Below, in pieces: positions 40,095-53,600 of a stretch of DNA of 64,000 nt. Numbering within the stretch: position 1 is the first letter of the stretch; the number at the start of each line of letters is the position of its first letter. Origin of the DNA: the human T2T-CHM13v2.0 reference genome, Homo sapiens. The notes beneath the pieces were generated by a model, which saw nothing but the letters and a program-made list of their open reading frames with translations, searched no databases and was not told where the DNA came from. The stretch is from the NCBI RefSeq assembly GCF_009914755.1, contig NC_060925.1. One strand, 5' to 3'. Position numbers and translations under genes: made by a program.

Positions 40095-43000
40095 TTGACC
40101 ACTTAGAGGCCTTCGTTGGAAACGGGTTTTTTTCATGTAAGGCTAGACAGAAGAATTCCCAGTAACTTCCTTGTGTTGTGTGCATTCAACTCACAGAGTT
40201 GAACGTTCCCTTAGACAGAGCAGATTTGAAACACTCTATTTGTGCAATTTGCAAGTGTAGATTTCAAGCGCTTTAAGGTCAACGGCAGAAAAGAAAATAT
40301 CTTCGTTTCAAAACTAGACAGAATCATTCCCACAAACTGCGTTGTGATGTGTTCGTTCAACTCACAGAGTTTAACCTTTCTGTTCATAGAGCAGTTAGGA
40401 AACACTCTGTTTGTAAAGTCTGTAAGTGGATATTCTGACATCTTGTGGCCTTCGTTGGAAACGGGATTTCTTCATATTCTGCTAGACAGAAGAATTCTCA
40501 GTAACTTCCTTGTGTTGTGTGTATTCAACTCACAGAGTTGAACGATCCTTTACACAGAGCAGACTTGAAACACTCTTTTTGTGGAATTTGCAAGTGGAGA
40601 TTTCAGCCGCTTTGAGGTCAATGGTAGAAAAGGAAACTATCTTCATATAAAGACTAGACAGAATGATTCTCAGAAAATCTTTTGTGATGTGTGCGTTCAA
40701 CTCACAGAGTTTAACTTTTCTTCTCATAGAGCAGTTAGGAAACACTCTGTTTGTAAAGTCTGCAAGTGGATATTCAGACCTCCTTGAGGCCTTCGTTGGA
40801 AACGGGATTTCTTCATATTATGCTAGACAGAATAATTCTCAGTAACTTCCTTGTGTTGTGTGTATTCAACTCACAGAGTTGAAGGATCCTTTACAGAGAG
40901 CAGGCTTGAAACACTCTTTTTGTCGAATTTGCAAGTGGAGATTTCAGCCGCTTTGAGGTCAATGGTAGAATAGGAAATATCTTCTTATAGAAACTAGACA
41001 CAATGATTCTCATAAACTCCTTTGTGATGTGCGCGTTCAACTCACAGAGTTTAACCTTTCTTTTCATAGAGCAGTTAGGAAACACTCTGTTTGTAAAGTC
41101 TGCAAGTGGATATTCAGACCTCCTTGAGGCCTTCGTTGGAAACGGGATTTCTTCATATTCTGCTAGACAGAAGAATTCTCAGTAACTTCCTTGTGTTGTG
41201 TTTATTCAACTCACAGAGTTGAATGATCCTTTACACAGAGCAGACTTGAAACACTCTTTTTGTGGAATTTGCAAGTGGAGATTTCAGCCGCTTTGAGGTC
41301 AATGGTAGAAAAGTAAATATCTTCGTATAAAGACTAGACAGAATGATTCTCAGAAACTCCTTTGTGATGTGTGCGTTCAACTCACAGAGTTTAACCTTTC
41401 TGTTCATAGAGCAGTTAGGAAACACTCTGTTTGTAAAGTCTGCAAGTGGATATTCAGACCTCCTTGAGGCCTTCGTTGGAAACGGGATTTCTTCATATTC
41501 TGCTAGACAGAAGAATTCTCAGTAACTTCCTTGTGTTGTGTGTATTCAACTCACAGAGTTGAACGATCCTTTACACAGAGCAGACTTGAAACACTCTTTT
41601 TGTGGAATTTGCAATTGGAGATTTCAGCCGTTTTGAGGTCAATAGTAGAAAAGGAAATATCTTCGTAGAAAAACTAGACAGAATGATTCTCAGAAACTCC
41701 TTTGTGATGTGTGTGTTCACCTCACAGAGTTTAACCTTTCTTTTCATAGAGCAGTTAGTAAACACTCTGTTTATAAAGTCTGCAAGTGGATATTCAGACC
41801 CCTTTGAGGCCTTCGTTGGAAACGGGATTTCTTCATATTATGCTAGACAGAATAATTCTCAGTAACTTCCTTGTGTTGTGTGTATTCAACTCACAGAGTT
41901 GAAGGATCCTTTACAGAGACCAGGCTTGAAACACTCTTTTTGTCGAATTTGCAAGTGGAGATTTCAGCCGCTTTGAGGTCAATGGTAGAATAGGAAATAT
42001 CTTCTTATACAAACTAGACAGAATGATTCTCATGAACTCCATTGTGATGTGTGCGTTCAACTCACAGAGTTTAACCTTTCTTTTCATAGAGCAGTTAGGA
42101 AACACTCTGTTTGTAAAGTCTGCAAGTGGATATTCAGACCTCCTTGAGGCCTTCGTTGGAAACGGGATTTCTTCATATTCTGCTAGACAGAAGAATTCTC
42201 AGTAACTTCCTTGTGTTGTGTTTATTCAACTCACAGAGTTGAATGATCCTTTACACAGAGCAGACTTGAAACACTCTTTTTGTGGAAATTGCAAGTGGAG
42301 ATTTCAGCCGCTTTGAGGTCAATGGTAGAAAAGTAAATATCTTCGTATAAAGACTAGACAGAATGATTCTCAGAAACTCCTTTGTGATGTGTGCGTTCAA
42401 CTCACAGAGTTTAACCTTTCTGTTCATAGAGCAGTTAGGAAACACTCTGTTTGTAAAGTCTGCAAGTGGATATTCAGACCTCCTTGAGGCCTTCGTTGGA
42501 AACGGGATTTCTTCATATTCTGCTAGACAGAAGAATTCTCAGTAACTTCCTTGTGTTGTGTGTATTCAACTCACAGAGTTGAACGATCCTTTACACAGAG
42601 CAGACTTGAAACACTCTTTTTGTGGAATTTGCAAGTGGAGATTTCAGCCGCTTTGAGGTCAATAGTAGAAAAGGAAATATCTTCGTAGAAAAACTAGACA
42701 GAATCATTCTCAGAAACTCCTTTGTGATGTGTGTGTTCAACTCACAGAGTTTAACCTTTCTTTTCATAGAGCAGTTAGTAAACACTCTGTTTATAAAGTC
42801 TGCAAGTGGATATTCAGACCCCTTTGAGGCCTTCGTTGGAAACGGGATTTCTTCATATTATGCTAGACAGAAGAATTCTCAGTAACTTCCTTGTGTTGTG
42901 TGTATTCAGCTGACAGAGTTGAACTTTCATTTAGAGAGAGCATATTTGAAACACTGTTTTTGTGGAACTTGCAATTGGAGATTTCAAGCGCTTTGGGACC

Positions 43001-46000
43001 AAAGGCAGAAAAGGAAATATCTTCGTATAAAAACTAGACAGAATCATTCTCAGAAACTGCTGCGTGATGTGTGCGATCAACTCTCAGAGATTAACTTTTC
43101 TTTTCATTCAGCGGTTTGGAAACACTCTGTTTGTAAAGTCTGCACGTGGAAATTTTGACCACTTAGAGACCTTCGTTGGAAACGGGATTTTTTCATGTAA
43201 GGCTAGACAGAAGAATGCCCAGTAACTTCCTTGTGTTGTGTGCATTCAACTCACAGAGTTGAACGTTCCCTTAGACAGAGCAGATTTGAAACACTCTATT
43301 TGTGCAATTTGCAAGTGTAGATTTCAAGCGCTTTAAGGTCAATGGCAGAAAAGGAAATGTCTTCGTTTCAAAACTAGACAGAATCATTCCCACAAACTGC
43401 GTTGTGATGTGTTCGTTCAACTCACAGAGTTTAACCTTTCTGTTCATAGAGCAGTTAGGAAACACTCTGTTTGTAAAGTCTGCAGGTGGATATTCAGACC
43501 TCCTTGAGGCCTTCGTTGGAAACGGGATTTGTTCATATTCTGCTAGACAGAATAATTCTCAGTAGCTTCCTTGTGTTGTGTGTATTCAACTCACAGAGTT
43601 GAACGATCCTTTACACAGAGCAGACTTGAAACACTCTTTTTGTGGAATTTGCAAGTGGAGATTTCAGCCGCTTTGAGGTCAATGGTAGAATAGGAAATAT
43701 CTTCCTATAGAAACTAGACAGAATGATTCTCAGAAACTCCTTTGTGATGTGTGCGTTCAACTCACAGAGTTTCACCTTTGTTTTCATAGAGCAGTTAGGA
43801 AACACTCTGTTTGTAAAGACTGCAAGTGGATATTCAGACCTCTTTGAGGCCTTCGTTAGAAACGGGATTTCTTCATATTCTGCTAGACAGAAGAATTCTC
43901 AGTAACTTCCTTGTGTTGTGTGTATTCAACTCACAGAGTTGAACGATCCTTTACACAGAGCAGACTTGAAACACTCTTTTTGTGGAATTTGCAAGTGGAG
44001 ATTTCAGCCGCTTTGAGGTCAATAGTAGAAAAGGAAATATCTTCGTAGAAAAACTAGACAGAATCATTCTCAGAAACTCCTTTGTGATGTGTGTGTTCAA
44101 CTCACAGAGTTTAACCTTTCTTTTCATAGAGCAGTTAGTAAACACTCTGTTTATAAAGTCTGCAAGTGGATATTCAGACCCCTTTGAGGCCTTCGTTGGA
44201 AACGGGATTTCTTCATATTATGCTAGACAGAAGAATTCTCAGTAACTTCCTTGTGTTGTGTGTATTCAACTGACAGAGTTGAACTTTCATTTAGAGAGAG
44301 CAGATTTGAAACACTGTTTTTGTGGAATTTGCAAGTGGAGATTTCAAGCGCTTTGGGGCCAAAGGCAGAAAAGGAAATATCTTCGTATAAAAACTAGACA
44401 GAATCATTCTCAGAAACTGCTGCGTGATGTGTGCGATCAACTCTCAGAGTTTAACTTTTCTTTTCATTCAGCGGATTGGAAACACTCTGTTTGTAAAGTC
44501 TGCAAGTGGATATTTTGACCACTTAGAGGCCTTCGTTGGAAACGGGTTTTTTTCATGTAAGGCTAGACAGAAGAATTCCCAGTAACTTCCTTGTGTTGTG
44601 TGCATTCAACTCACAGAGTTGAACGTTCCCTTAGACAGAGCAGATTTGAAACACTCTATTTGTGCAATTTGCAAGTGTAGATTTCAAGCGCTTTAAGGTC
44701 AATGGCAGAAAAGGAAATGTCTTCGTTTCAAAACTAGACAGAATCATTCCCACAAACTGCGTTGTGATGTGTTCTTTCAACTCACAGAGTTTAACCTTTC
44801 TGTTCATAGAGCAGTTAGGAAACACTCTGTTTGTAAAGTCTGTAAGTGGATATTCTGACATCTTGTGGCCTTCGTTGGAAACGGGATTTCTTCATATTCT
44901 GCTAGACAGAAGAATTCTCAGTAACTTCCTTGTGTTGTGTGTATTCAACTCACAGAGTTGAACGATCCTTTACACAGAGCAGACTTGAAACACTCTTTTT
45001 GTGGAATTTGCAAGTGGAGATTTCAGCCGCTTTGAGGTCAATGGTAGAAAAGGAAACTATCTTCATATAAAGACTAGACACAATGATTCTCAGAAAATCT
45101 TTTGTGATGTGTGCGTTCAACTCACAGAGTTTAACTTTTCTTCTCATAGAGCAGTTAGGAAACACTCTGTTTGTAAAGTCTGCAAGTGGATATTCAGACC
45201 TCTTTGAGGCCTTCGTTGGAAACGGGATTTCTTCATATTATGCTAGACAGAATAATTCTCAGTAACTTCCTTGTGTTGTGTGTATTCAACTCACAGAGTT
45301 GAAGGATCCTTTACAGAGAGCAGACTTGAAACACTCTTTTTGTCGAATTTGCAAGTGGAGATTTCAGCCGCTTTGAGGTCAATGGTAGAATAGGAAATAT
45401 CTTCTTATAGAAACTAGACAGAATGATTCTCATAAACTCCTTTGTGATGTGTGCGTTCAACTCACAGAGTTTAACCTTTCTTTTCATAGAGCAGTTAGGA
45501 AACACTCTGTTTGTAAAGTCTGCAAGTGGATATTCAGACCTCCTTGAGGCCTTCGTTGGAAACGGGATTTCTTCATATTCTGCTAGACAGAAGAATTCTC
45601 AGTAACTTCTTTGTGTTGTGTGTATTCAACTCACAGAGTTGAACGATCCTTTACACAGAGCAGACTTGAAACACTCTATTTGTAGAATTTGCAAGTGGAG
45701 ATTTCAGCCGCTTTGAGGTCAATAGTAGAAAAGGAAATATCTTCGTAGAAAAACTAGACAGAATGATTCTCAGAAACTCCTTTGTGATGTGTGTGTTCAA
45801 CTCACAGAGTTTAACCTTTCTTTTCATAGAGCAGTTAGTAAACACTCTGTTTATAAAGTCTGCAAGTGGATATTCAGACCCCTTTGAGGCCTTCGTTGGA
45901 AACGGGATTTCTTCATATTATGCTAGACAGAAGAATTCTCAGTAACTTCCTTGTGTTGTGTGTATTCAACTGACAGAGTTGAACTTTCATTTAGAGAGAG

Positions 46001-46214
46001 CAGATTTGAAACACTGTTTTTGTGGAATTTGCAAGTGGAGATTTCAAGCGCTTTGGGGCCAAAGGCAGAAAAGGAAATATCTTCGTATAAAAACTAGACA
46101 GAATCATTCTCAGAAACTGCTGCGTGATGTGTGCGTTCAACTCTCAGAGTTTAACTTTTCTTTTCATTCAGCGGTTTGGAAACACTCTGTTTGTAAAGTC
46201 TGCACGTGGAAATT
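40095..46214 (+). repeat. HOR variants, 18-mer ABCDECDEF (3060), 8-mer (A-hybrid)HEF (1360) and 10-mer ABCEF (1700)
   Basis: Landmarks at 40095, 43155, 44515 and 46215. Confidence 0.8.
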
Positions 46215-49200
46215 TTGACCACTTAGAGGCCTTCGTTGGAAACGGGTTTTTTTCATGTAAGGCTAGACAGAAGAATTCCCAGTAACTTCCTTGTGTTGTG
46301 TGCATTCAACTCACAGAGTTGAACGTTCCCTTAGACAGAGCAGATTTGAAACACTCTATTTGTGCAATTTGCAAGTGTAGATTTCAAGCGCTTTAAGGTC
46401 AACGGCAGAAAAGGAAATATCTTCGTTTCAAAACTAGACAGAATCAATCCCACAAACTGCGTTGTGATGTGTTCGTTCAACTCACAGAGTTTAACCTTTC
46501 TGTTCATAGAGCAGTTAGGAAACACTCTGTTTGTAAAGTCTGTAAGTGGATATTCTGACATCTTGTGGCCTTCGTTGCAAACGGGATTTCTTCATATTCT
46601 GCTAGACAGAAGAATTCTCAGTAACTTCCTTGTGTTGTGTGTATTCAACTCACAGAGTTGAACGATCCTTTACACAGAGCAGACTTGAAACACTCTTTTT
46701 GTGGAATTTGCAAGTGGAGATTTCAGCCGCTTTGAGGTCAATGGTAGAAAAGGAAACTATCTTCATATAAAGACTAGACAGGATGATTCTCAGAAAATCT
46801 TTTGTGATGTGTGCGTTCAACTCACAGAGTTTAACTTTTCTTCTCATAGAGCAGTTAGGAAACACTCTGTTTGTAAAGTGTGCAAGTGGATATTCAGACC
46901 TCTTTGCGGCCTTCGTTGGAAACGGGATTTCTTCATATTATGCTAGACAGAATAATTCTCAGTAACTTCCTTGTGTTGTGTGTATTCAACTCACAGAGTT
47001 GAAGGATCCTTTACAGAGAGCAGGCTTGAAACACTCTTTTTGTGGAATTTGCAAGTGGAGATTTCAGCCGCTTTGAGGTCAATGGTAGAATAGGAAATAT
47101 CTTCTTATAGAAACTAGACAGAATGATTCTCATAAACTCCTTTGTGATGTGTGCGTTCAACTCACAGAGTTTAACCTTTCTTTTCATAGAGCAGTTAGGA
47201 AACACTCTGTTTGTAAAGTCTGCAAGTGGATATTCAGACCTCCTTGAGGCCTTCGTTGGAAACGGGATTTCTTCATATTCTGCTAGACAGAAGAATTCTC
47301 AGTAACTTCCTTGTGTTGTGTTTATTCAACTCACAGAGTTGAAGGATCCTTTACACAGAGCAGACTTGAAACACTCTTTTTGTGGAATTTGCAAGTGGAG
47401 ATTTCAGCCGCTTTGAGGTCAATGGTAGAAAAGTAAATATCTTCGTATAAAGACTAGACAGAATGATTCTCAGAAACTCCTTTGTGATGTGTGCGTTCAC
47501 CTCACAGAGTTTAACCTTTCTGTTCATAGAGCAGTTAGGAAACACTCTGTTTGTAAAGTCTGCAAGTGGATATTCAGACCTCATTGAGGCCTTCGTTGGA
47601 AACGGGATTTCTTCATATTCTGCTAGACAGAAGAATTCTCAGTAACTTCCTTGTGTTGTGTGTATTCAACTCACAGAGTTGAACGATCCTTTACACAGAG
47701 CAGACTTGAAACACTCTTTTTGTGGAATTTGCAATTGGAGATTTCAGCCGCTTTGAGGTCAATAGTAGAAAAGGAAATATCTTCGTAGAAAAACTAGACA
47801 GAATGATTCTCAGAAACTCCTTTGTGATGTGTGTGTTCACCTCACAGAGTTTAACCTTTCTTTTCATAGAGCAGTTAGTAAACACTCTGTTTATAAAGTC
47901 TGCAAGTGGATATTCCGACCCCTTTGAGGCCTTCGTTGGAAACGGGATTTCTTCATATTATGCTAGACAGAATAATTCTCAGAAACTTCCTTGTGTTGTG
48001 TGTATTCAACTCACAGAGTTGAAGGATCCTTTACAGAGACCAGGCTTGAAACACTCTTTTTGTCGAATTTGCAAGTGGAGATTTCAGCCGCTTTGAGGTC
48101 AATGGTAGAATAGGAAATATCTTCCTATAGAAACTAGACAGAACGATTCTCAGAAACTCCTTTGTGATGTGTGCGTTCAACTCACAGAGTTTAACCTTTC
48201 TTTTCATAGAGCAGTTAGGAAACACTCTGTTTGTAAAGTCTGCAAGTGGACATTCAGACCTCTTTGAGGCCTTCGTTGGAAACGGGATTTCTTCATATTC
48301 TGCTAGGCAGAAGAATTCTCAGTAACTTCCTTGTGTTGTGTGTATTCAACTCACAGAGTTGAACGATCCTTTACACAGAGCAGACTTGAAACACTCTTTT
48401 TGTGGAATTTGCAAGTGGAGATTTCAGCCGCTTTGAGGTCAATAGTAGAAAAGGAAATATCTTCGTAGAAAAACTAGACAGAATCATTCTCAGAAACTCC
48501 TTTGTGATGTGTGTGTTCAACTCACAGAGTTTAACCTTTCTTTTCATAGAGCAGTTAGGAAACACTCTGTTTATAAAGTCTGCAAGTGGATATTCAGACC
48601 CCTTTGAGGCCTTCGTTGGAAACGGGATTTCTTCATATTCTGCTAGACAGAAGAATTCTCAGTAACTTCCTTGTGTTGTGTTTATTCAACTCACAGAGTT
48701 GAATGATCCTTTACACAGAGCAGACTTGAAACACTCTTTTTGTGGAAATTGCAAGTGGAGATTTCAGCCGCTTTGAGGTCAATGGTAGAAAAGTAAATAT
48801 CTTCGTATAAAGACTAGACAGAATGATTCTCAGAAACTCCTTTGTGATGTGTGCGTTCAACTCACAGAGTTTAACCTTTCTGTTCATAGAGCAGTTAGGA
48901 AACACTCTGTTTGTAAAGTCTGCAAGTGGATATTCAGACCTCCTTGAGGCCTTCGTTGGAAACGGGATTTCTTCATATTCTGCTAGACAGAAGAATTCTC
49001 AGTAACTTCCTTGTGTTGTGTGTATTCAACTCACAGAGTTGAACGATCCTTTACACAGAGCAGACTTGAAACACTCTTTTTGTGGAATTTGCAAGTGGAG
49101 ATTTCAGCCGCTTTGAGGTCAATAGTAGAAAAGGAAATATCTTCGTAGAAAAACTAGACAGAATGATTCTCAGAAACTCCTTTGTGATGTGTGCGTTCAA

Positions 49201-50634
49201 CTCACAGAGTTTAACCTTTCTTTTCATAGAGCAGTTAGGAAACACTCTGTTTGTAAAGTCTGCAAGTGGATATTAAGACCTCTTTGAGGCCTTCGTTGGA
49301 AACGGGATTTCTTCATATTCTGCTAGACAGAATAATTCTCAGTAACTTCCTTGTGTTGTGTGTATTCAACTCACAGAGTTGAAAGATCCTTTACAGAGAG
49401 AAGGCTTGAAACACTCTTTTTGTCGAATTTGCAAGTGGAGATTTCAGCCGCTTTGAGGTCAATGGTAGAATAGGAAATATCTTCTTATAGAAACTAGACA
49501 GAATGATTCTCATAAACTCCTTTGTGATGTGTGCGTTCAACTCACAGAGTTTAACCTTTCTTTTCATAGAGCAGTTAGGAAACACTCTGTTTGTAAAGTC
49601 TGCAAGTGGATATTCAGACCTCCTTGAGGCCTTCGTTGGAAACGGGATTTCTTCATATTCTGCTAGACAGAAGAATTCTCAGTAACTTCCTTGTGTTGTG
49701 TTTATTCAACTCACAGGGTTGAATGATCCTTTACACAGAGCAGACTTGAAACACTCTTTTTGTGGAATTTGCAAGTGGAGATTTCAGCCGCTTTGAGGTC
49801 AATGGTAGAAAAGTAAATATCTTCGTATAAAGACTAGACAGAATGATTCTCAGAAACTCCTTTGTGATGTGTGCGTTGAACTCACAGAGTTTAACCTTTC
49901 TGTTCATAGAGCAGTTAGGAAACACTCTGTTTGTAAAGTCTGCAAGTGGATATTCAGACCTCCTTGAGGCCTTCGTTGGAAACGGGATTTCTTCATATTC
50001 TGCTAGACAGAAGAATTCTCAGTAACTTCCTTGTGTTGTGTGTATTCAACTCACAGAGTTGAACGATCCTTTACACAGAGCAGACTTGAAACACTCTTTT
50101 TGTGGAATTTGCAAGTGGAGATTTCAGCCGCTTTGAGGTCAATAGTAGAAAAGGAAATATCTTCGTAGAAAAACTAGACAGAATGATTCTCAGAAACTCC
50201 TTTGTGATGTGTGTGTTCAACTCACAGAGTTTAACCTTTCTTTTCCTAGAGCAGTTAGTAAACACTCTGTTTATAAAGTCTGCAAGTGGATATTCAGACC
50301 CCTTTGAGGCCTTCGTTGGAAACGGGATTTCTTCATATTATGCTAGACAGAAGAATTCTCAGTAACTTCCTTGTGTTGTGTGTATTCAACTGACAGAGTT
50401 GAACTTTCATTTAGAGAGAGCAGATTTGAAACACTGTTTTTGTGGAATTTGTAAGTGGAGATTTCAAGCGCTTTGGGGCCAAAGGCAGAAAAGGAAATAT
50501 CTTCGTATAAAAACTAGACAGAATCATTCTCAGAAACTGCTGCGTGATGTGTGCGTTCAACTCTCAGAGTTTAAGTTTTCTTTTCATTCAGCGGTTTGGA
50601 AACACTCTGTTTGTAAAGTCTGCACGTGGAAATT
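46215..50634 (+). repeat. HOR variant, 26-mer ABCDE(C/H)EDECDEF (4420 bp)
   Basis: 13 dimers between landmarks. Confidence 0.8.
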
Positions 50635-53600
50635 TTGACCACTTAGAGGCCTTCGTTGGAAACGGGTTTTTTTCATGTAAGGCTAGACATAAGAATTCCC
50701 AGTAACTTCCTTGTGTTGTGTGCATTCAACTCACAGAGTTGAACGTTCCCTTAGACAGAGCAGATTTGAAACACTCTATTTGTGCAATTTGCAAGTGTAG
50801 AATTCAAGCGCTTTAAGGTCAATGGCAGAAAAGGAAATATCTTCGTTTCAAAACTAGACAGAATCATTCCCACAAACTGCGTTGTGATGTGTTCGTTCAA
50901 CTCACAGAGTTTTACCTTTCTGTTCATAGAGCAGTTAGGAAACACTCTGTAAAGTCTGTAAGTGGATATTCTGACATCTTGTGGCCTTCGTTGGAAACGG
51001 GATTTCTTCATATTCTGCTAGACAGAAGAATTCTCAGTAACTTCCTTGTGTTGTGTGTATTCAACTCACAGAGTTGAACGATCCTTTACACAGAGCAGAC
51101 TTGAAACACTCTTTTTGTGGAATTTGCAAGTGGAGATTTCAGCCGCTTTGATGTCAATGGTAGAAAAGGAAATATCTTCGTATAAAGACTAGACAGAATG
51201 ATTCTCAGAAACTCTTTTGTGATGTGTGCGTTGAACTCACAGAGTTTAACCTTTCTGTTCAGAGAGCAGTTAGGAAACACTCTGTTTGTAAAGTCTGCAA
51301 GTGGATATTCAGACCTCCTTGAGACCTTCGTTGGAAACGGGATTTCTTCGTATTCTGCTAGACAGAAGAATTCTCAGTAACTTCCTTGTGTTGTGTGTAT
51401 TCAACTCACAGAGTTGTACGATCGTTTACACAGAGCAGACTTGAAACACTCTTTTTGTGGAATTTGCAAGTGGAGATTTCAGCCGCTTTGAGGTCAATGG
51501 TAAAAAAGGAAATATCTTCGTATAAAGACTAGACAGAATGATTCTCAGAAACTCCTTTGTGATGTGTGCGTTCAACTCACAGAGTTTAACCTTTCTGTTC
51601 ATAGAGCAGTTAGGAAACACTCTGTTTGTAAAGTCTGCAAGTGGATATTCAGACCTCCTTGAGGCCTTCGGTGGAAACGGGATTTCTTCATATTCTGCTA
51701 GACAGAAGAATTCTCAGTAACTTCCTTGTGTTGTGTGTATTCAACTCACAGAGTTGAACGATCCTTTACACAGAGCAGACTTGAAACACTCTTTTTGTGG
51801 AATTTGCAAGTGGAGATTTCAGCCGCTTTGAGGTCAATGGTAGAATAGGAAATATCTTCCTATAGAAACTAGACAGAATGATTCTCAGAAACTCCTTTGT
51901 GATGTGTGCGTTTAACTCACAGAGTTTAACCTTTCTTTTCATAGAGCAGTTAGGAAACACTCTGTTTGTAAAGTCTGCAAGTGGATATTCAGACCTCTTT
52001 GAGGCCTTCGTTGGAAACGGGATTTCTTCATATTCTGCTAGACAGAAGAATTCTCAGTAACTTCCTTGTGTTGTGTGTATTCAACTCACAGAGTTGAACG
52101 ATCCTTTACACAGAGCAGACTTGAAACACTCTTTTTGTGGAATTTGCAAGTGGAGATTTCAGCCGCTTTGAGGTCAATAGTAGAAAAGGAAATATCTTCG
52201 TAGAAAAACTAGGCAGAATGATTCTCAGAAACTCCTTTGTGATGTGTGTGTTCAACTCACAGAGTTTAACCTTTCTTTTCATAGAGCAGTTAGTAAACAC
52301 TCTGTTTATAAAGTCTGCAAGTGGATATTCAGACCCCTTTGAGGCCTTCGTTGGAAACGGGATTTCTTCATATTATGCTAGACAGAAGAATTCTCAGTAA
52401 CTTCCTTGTGTTGTGTGTATTCAAGTGACAGAGTTGAACTTTCATTTAGAGAGAGCAGATTTGAAACACTGTTTTTGTGGAATTTGCAAGTGGAGATTTC
52501 AAGCGCTTTGGGGCCAAGGGCAGAAAAGGAAATATCTTCGTATAAAAACTAGACAGAATCATTCTCAGAAACTGCTGCGTGATGTGTGCGTTCCACTCTC
52601 AGAGTTTAACTTTTCTTTTCATTCAGCGGTTTGGAAACACTCTGTTTGTAAAGTCTGCACGTGGATATTTTGACCACTTAGAGGCCTTCGTTGGAAACGG
52701 GTTTTTTTTCATGTAAGGCTAGACAGAAGAATTCCCAGTAACTTCCTTGTGTTGTGTGCATTCAACTCACAGAGTTGAACGTTCCCTTAGACAGAGCAGA
52801 TTTGAAACACTCTATTTGTGCAATTTGCAAGTGTAGATTTCAAGCGCTTTAAGGTCAACGGCAGAAAAGGAAATATCTTCGTTTCAAAACTAGACAGAAT
52901 CATTCCCACAAACTGCGTTGTGATGTGTTCGTTCAACTCACAGAGTTTAACCTTTCTGTTCATAGAGCAGTTAGGAAACTCTCTGTTTCTAAAGTCTGTA
53001 AGTGGATATTCTGACATCTTGTGGCCTTCGTTGGAAACGGGATTTCTTCATATTCTGCTAGACAGAAGAATTCTCAGTAACTTCCTTGTGTTGTGTGTAT
53101 TCAACTCACAGAGTTGAACGATCCTTTACACAGAGCAGACTTGAAACACTCCTTTTGTGGAATTTGCAAGTGGAGATTTCAGCCGCTTTGAGGTCAATGG
53201 TAGAAAAGGAAACTATCTTCTTATAAAGACTAGACAGAATGATTCTCAGAAAATCTTTTGTGATGTGTGCCTTCAACTCACAGAGTTTAACTTTTCTTCT
53301 CATAGAGCAGTTAGGAAACACTCTGTTTGTAAAGTCTGCAAGTGGATATTCAGACCTCTTTGAGACCTTCGTTGGAAACGGGATTTCTTCATATTATGCT
53401 AGACAGAATAATTCTCAGTAACTTCCTTGTGTTGTGTGTATTCAATTCACAGAGTTGAAGGATCCTTTACAGAGAGCAGGCTTCAAACACTCTTTTTGTC
53501 GAATTTGCAAGTGGAGGTTTCAGTCGCTTTGAGGTCAATGGTGGAATAGGAAATGTCTTCTTATAGAAACTAGACAGAATGCTTCTCAGAAACTCCTTTG

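Noticed and set aside
47722-48096. Longest ORF (124 aa)
   Set aside because: It arises from a single TAA>AAA change (CAGAAACTTCC) reading through into the next dimer; the same happens at 34543-34836.
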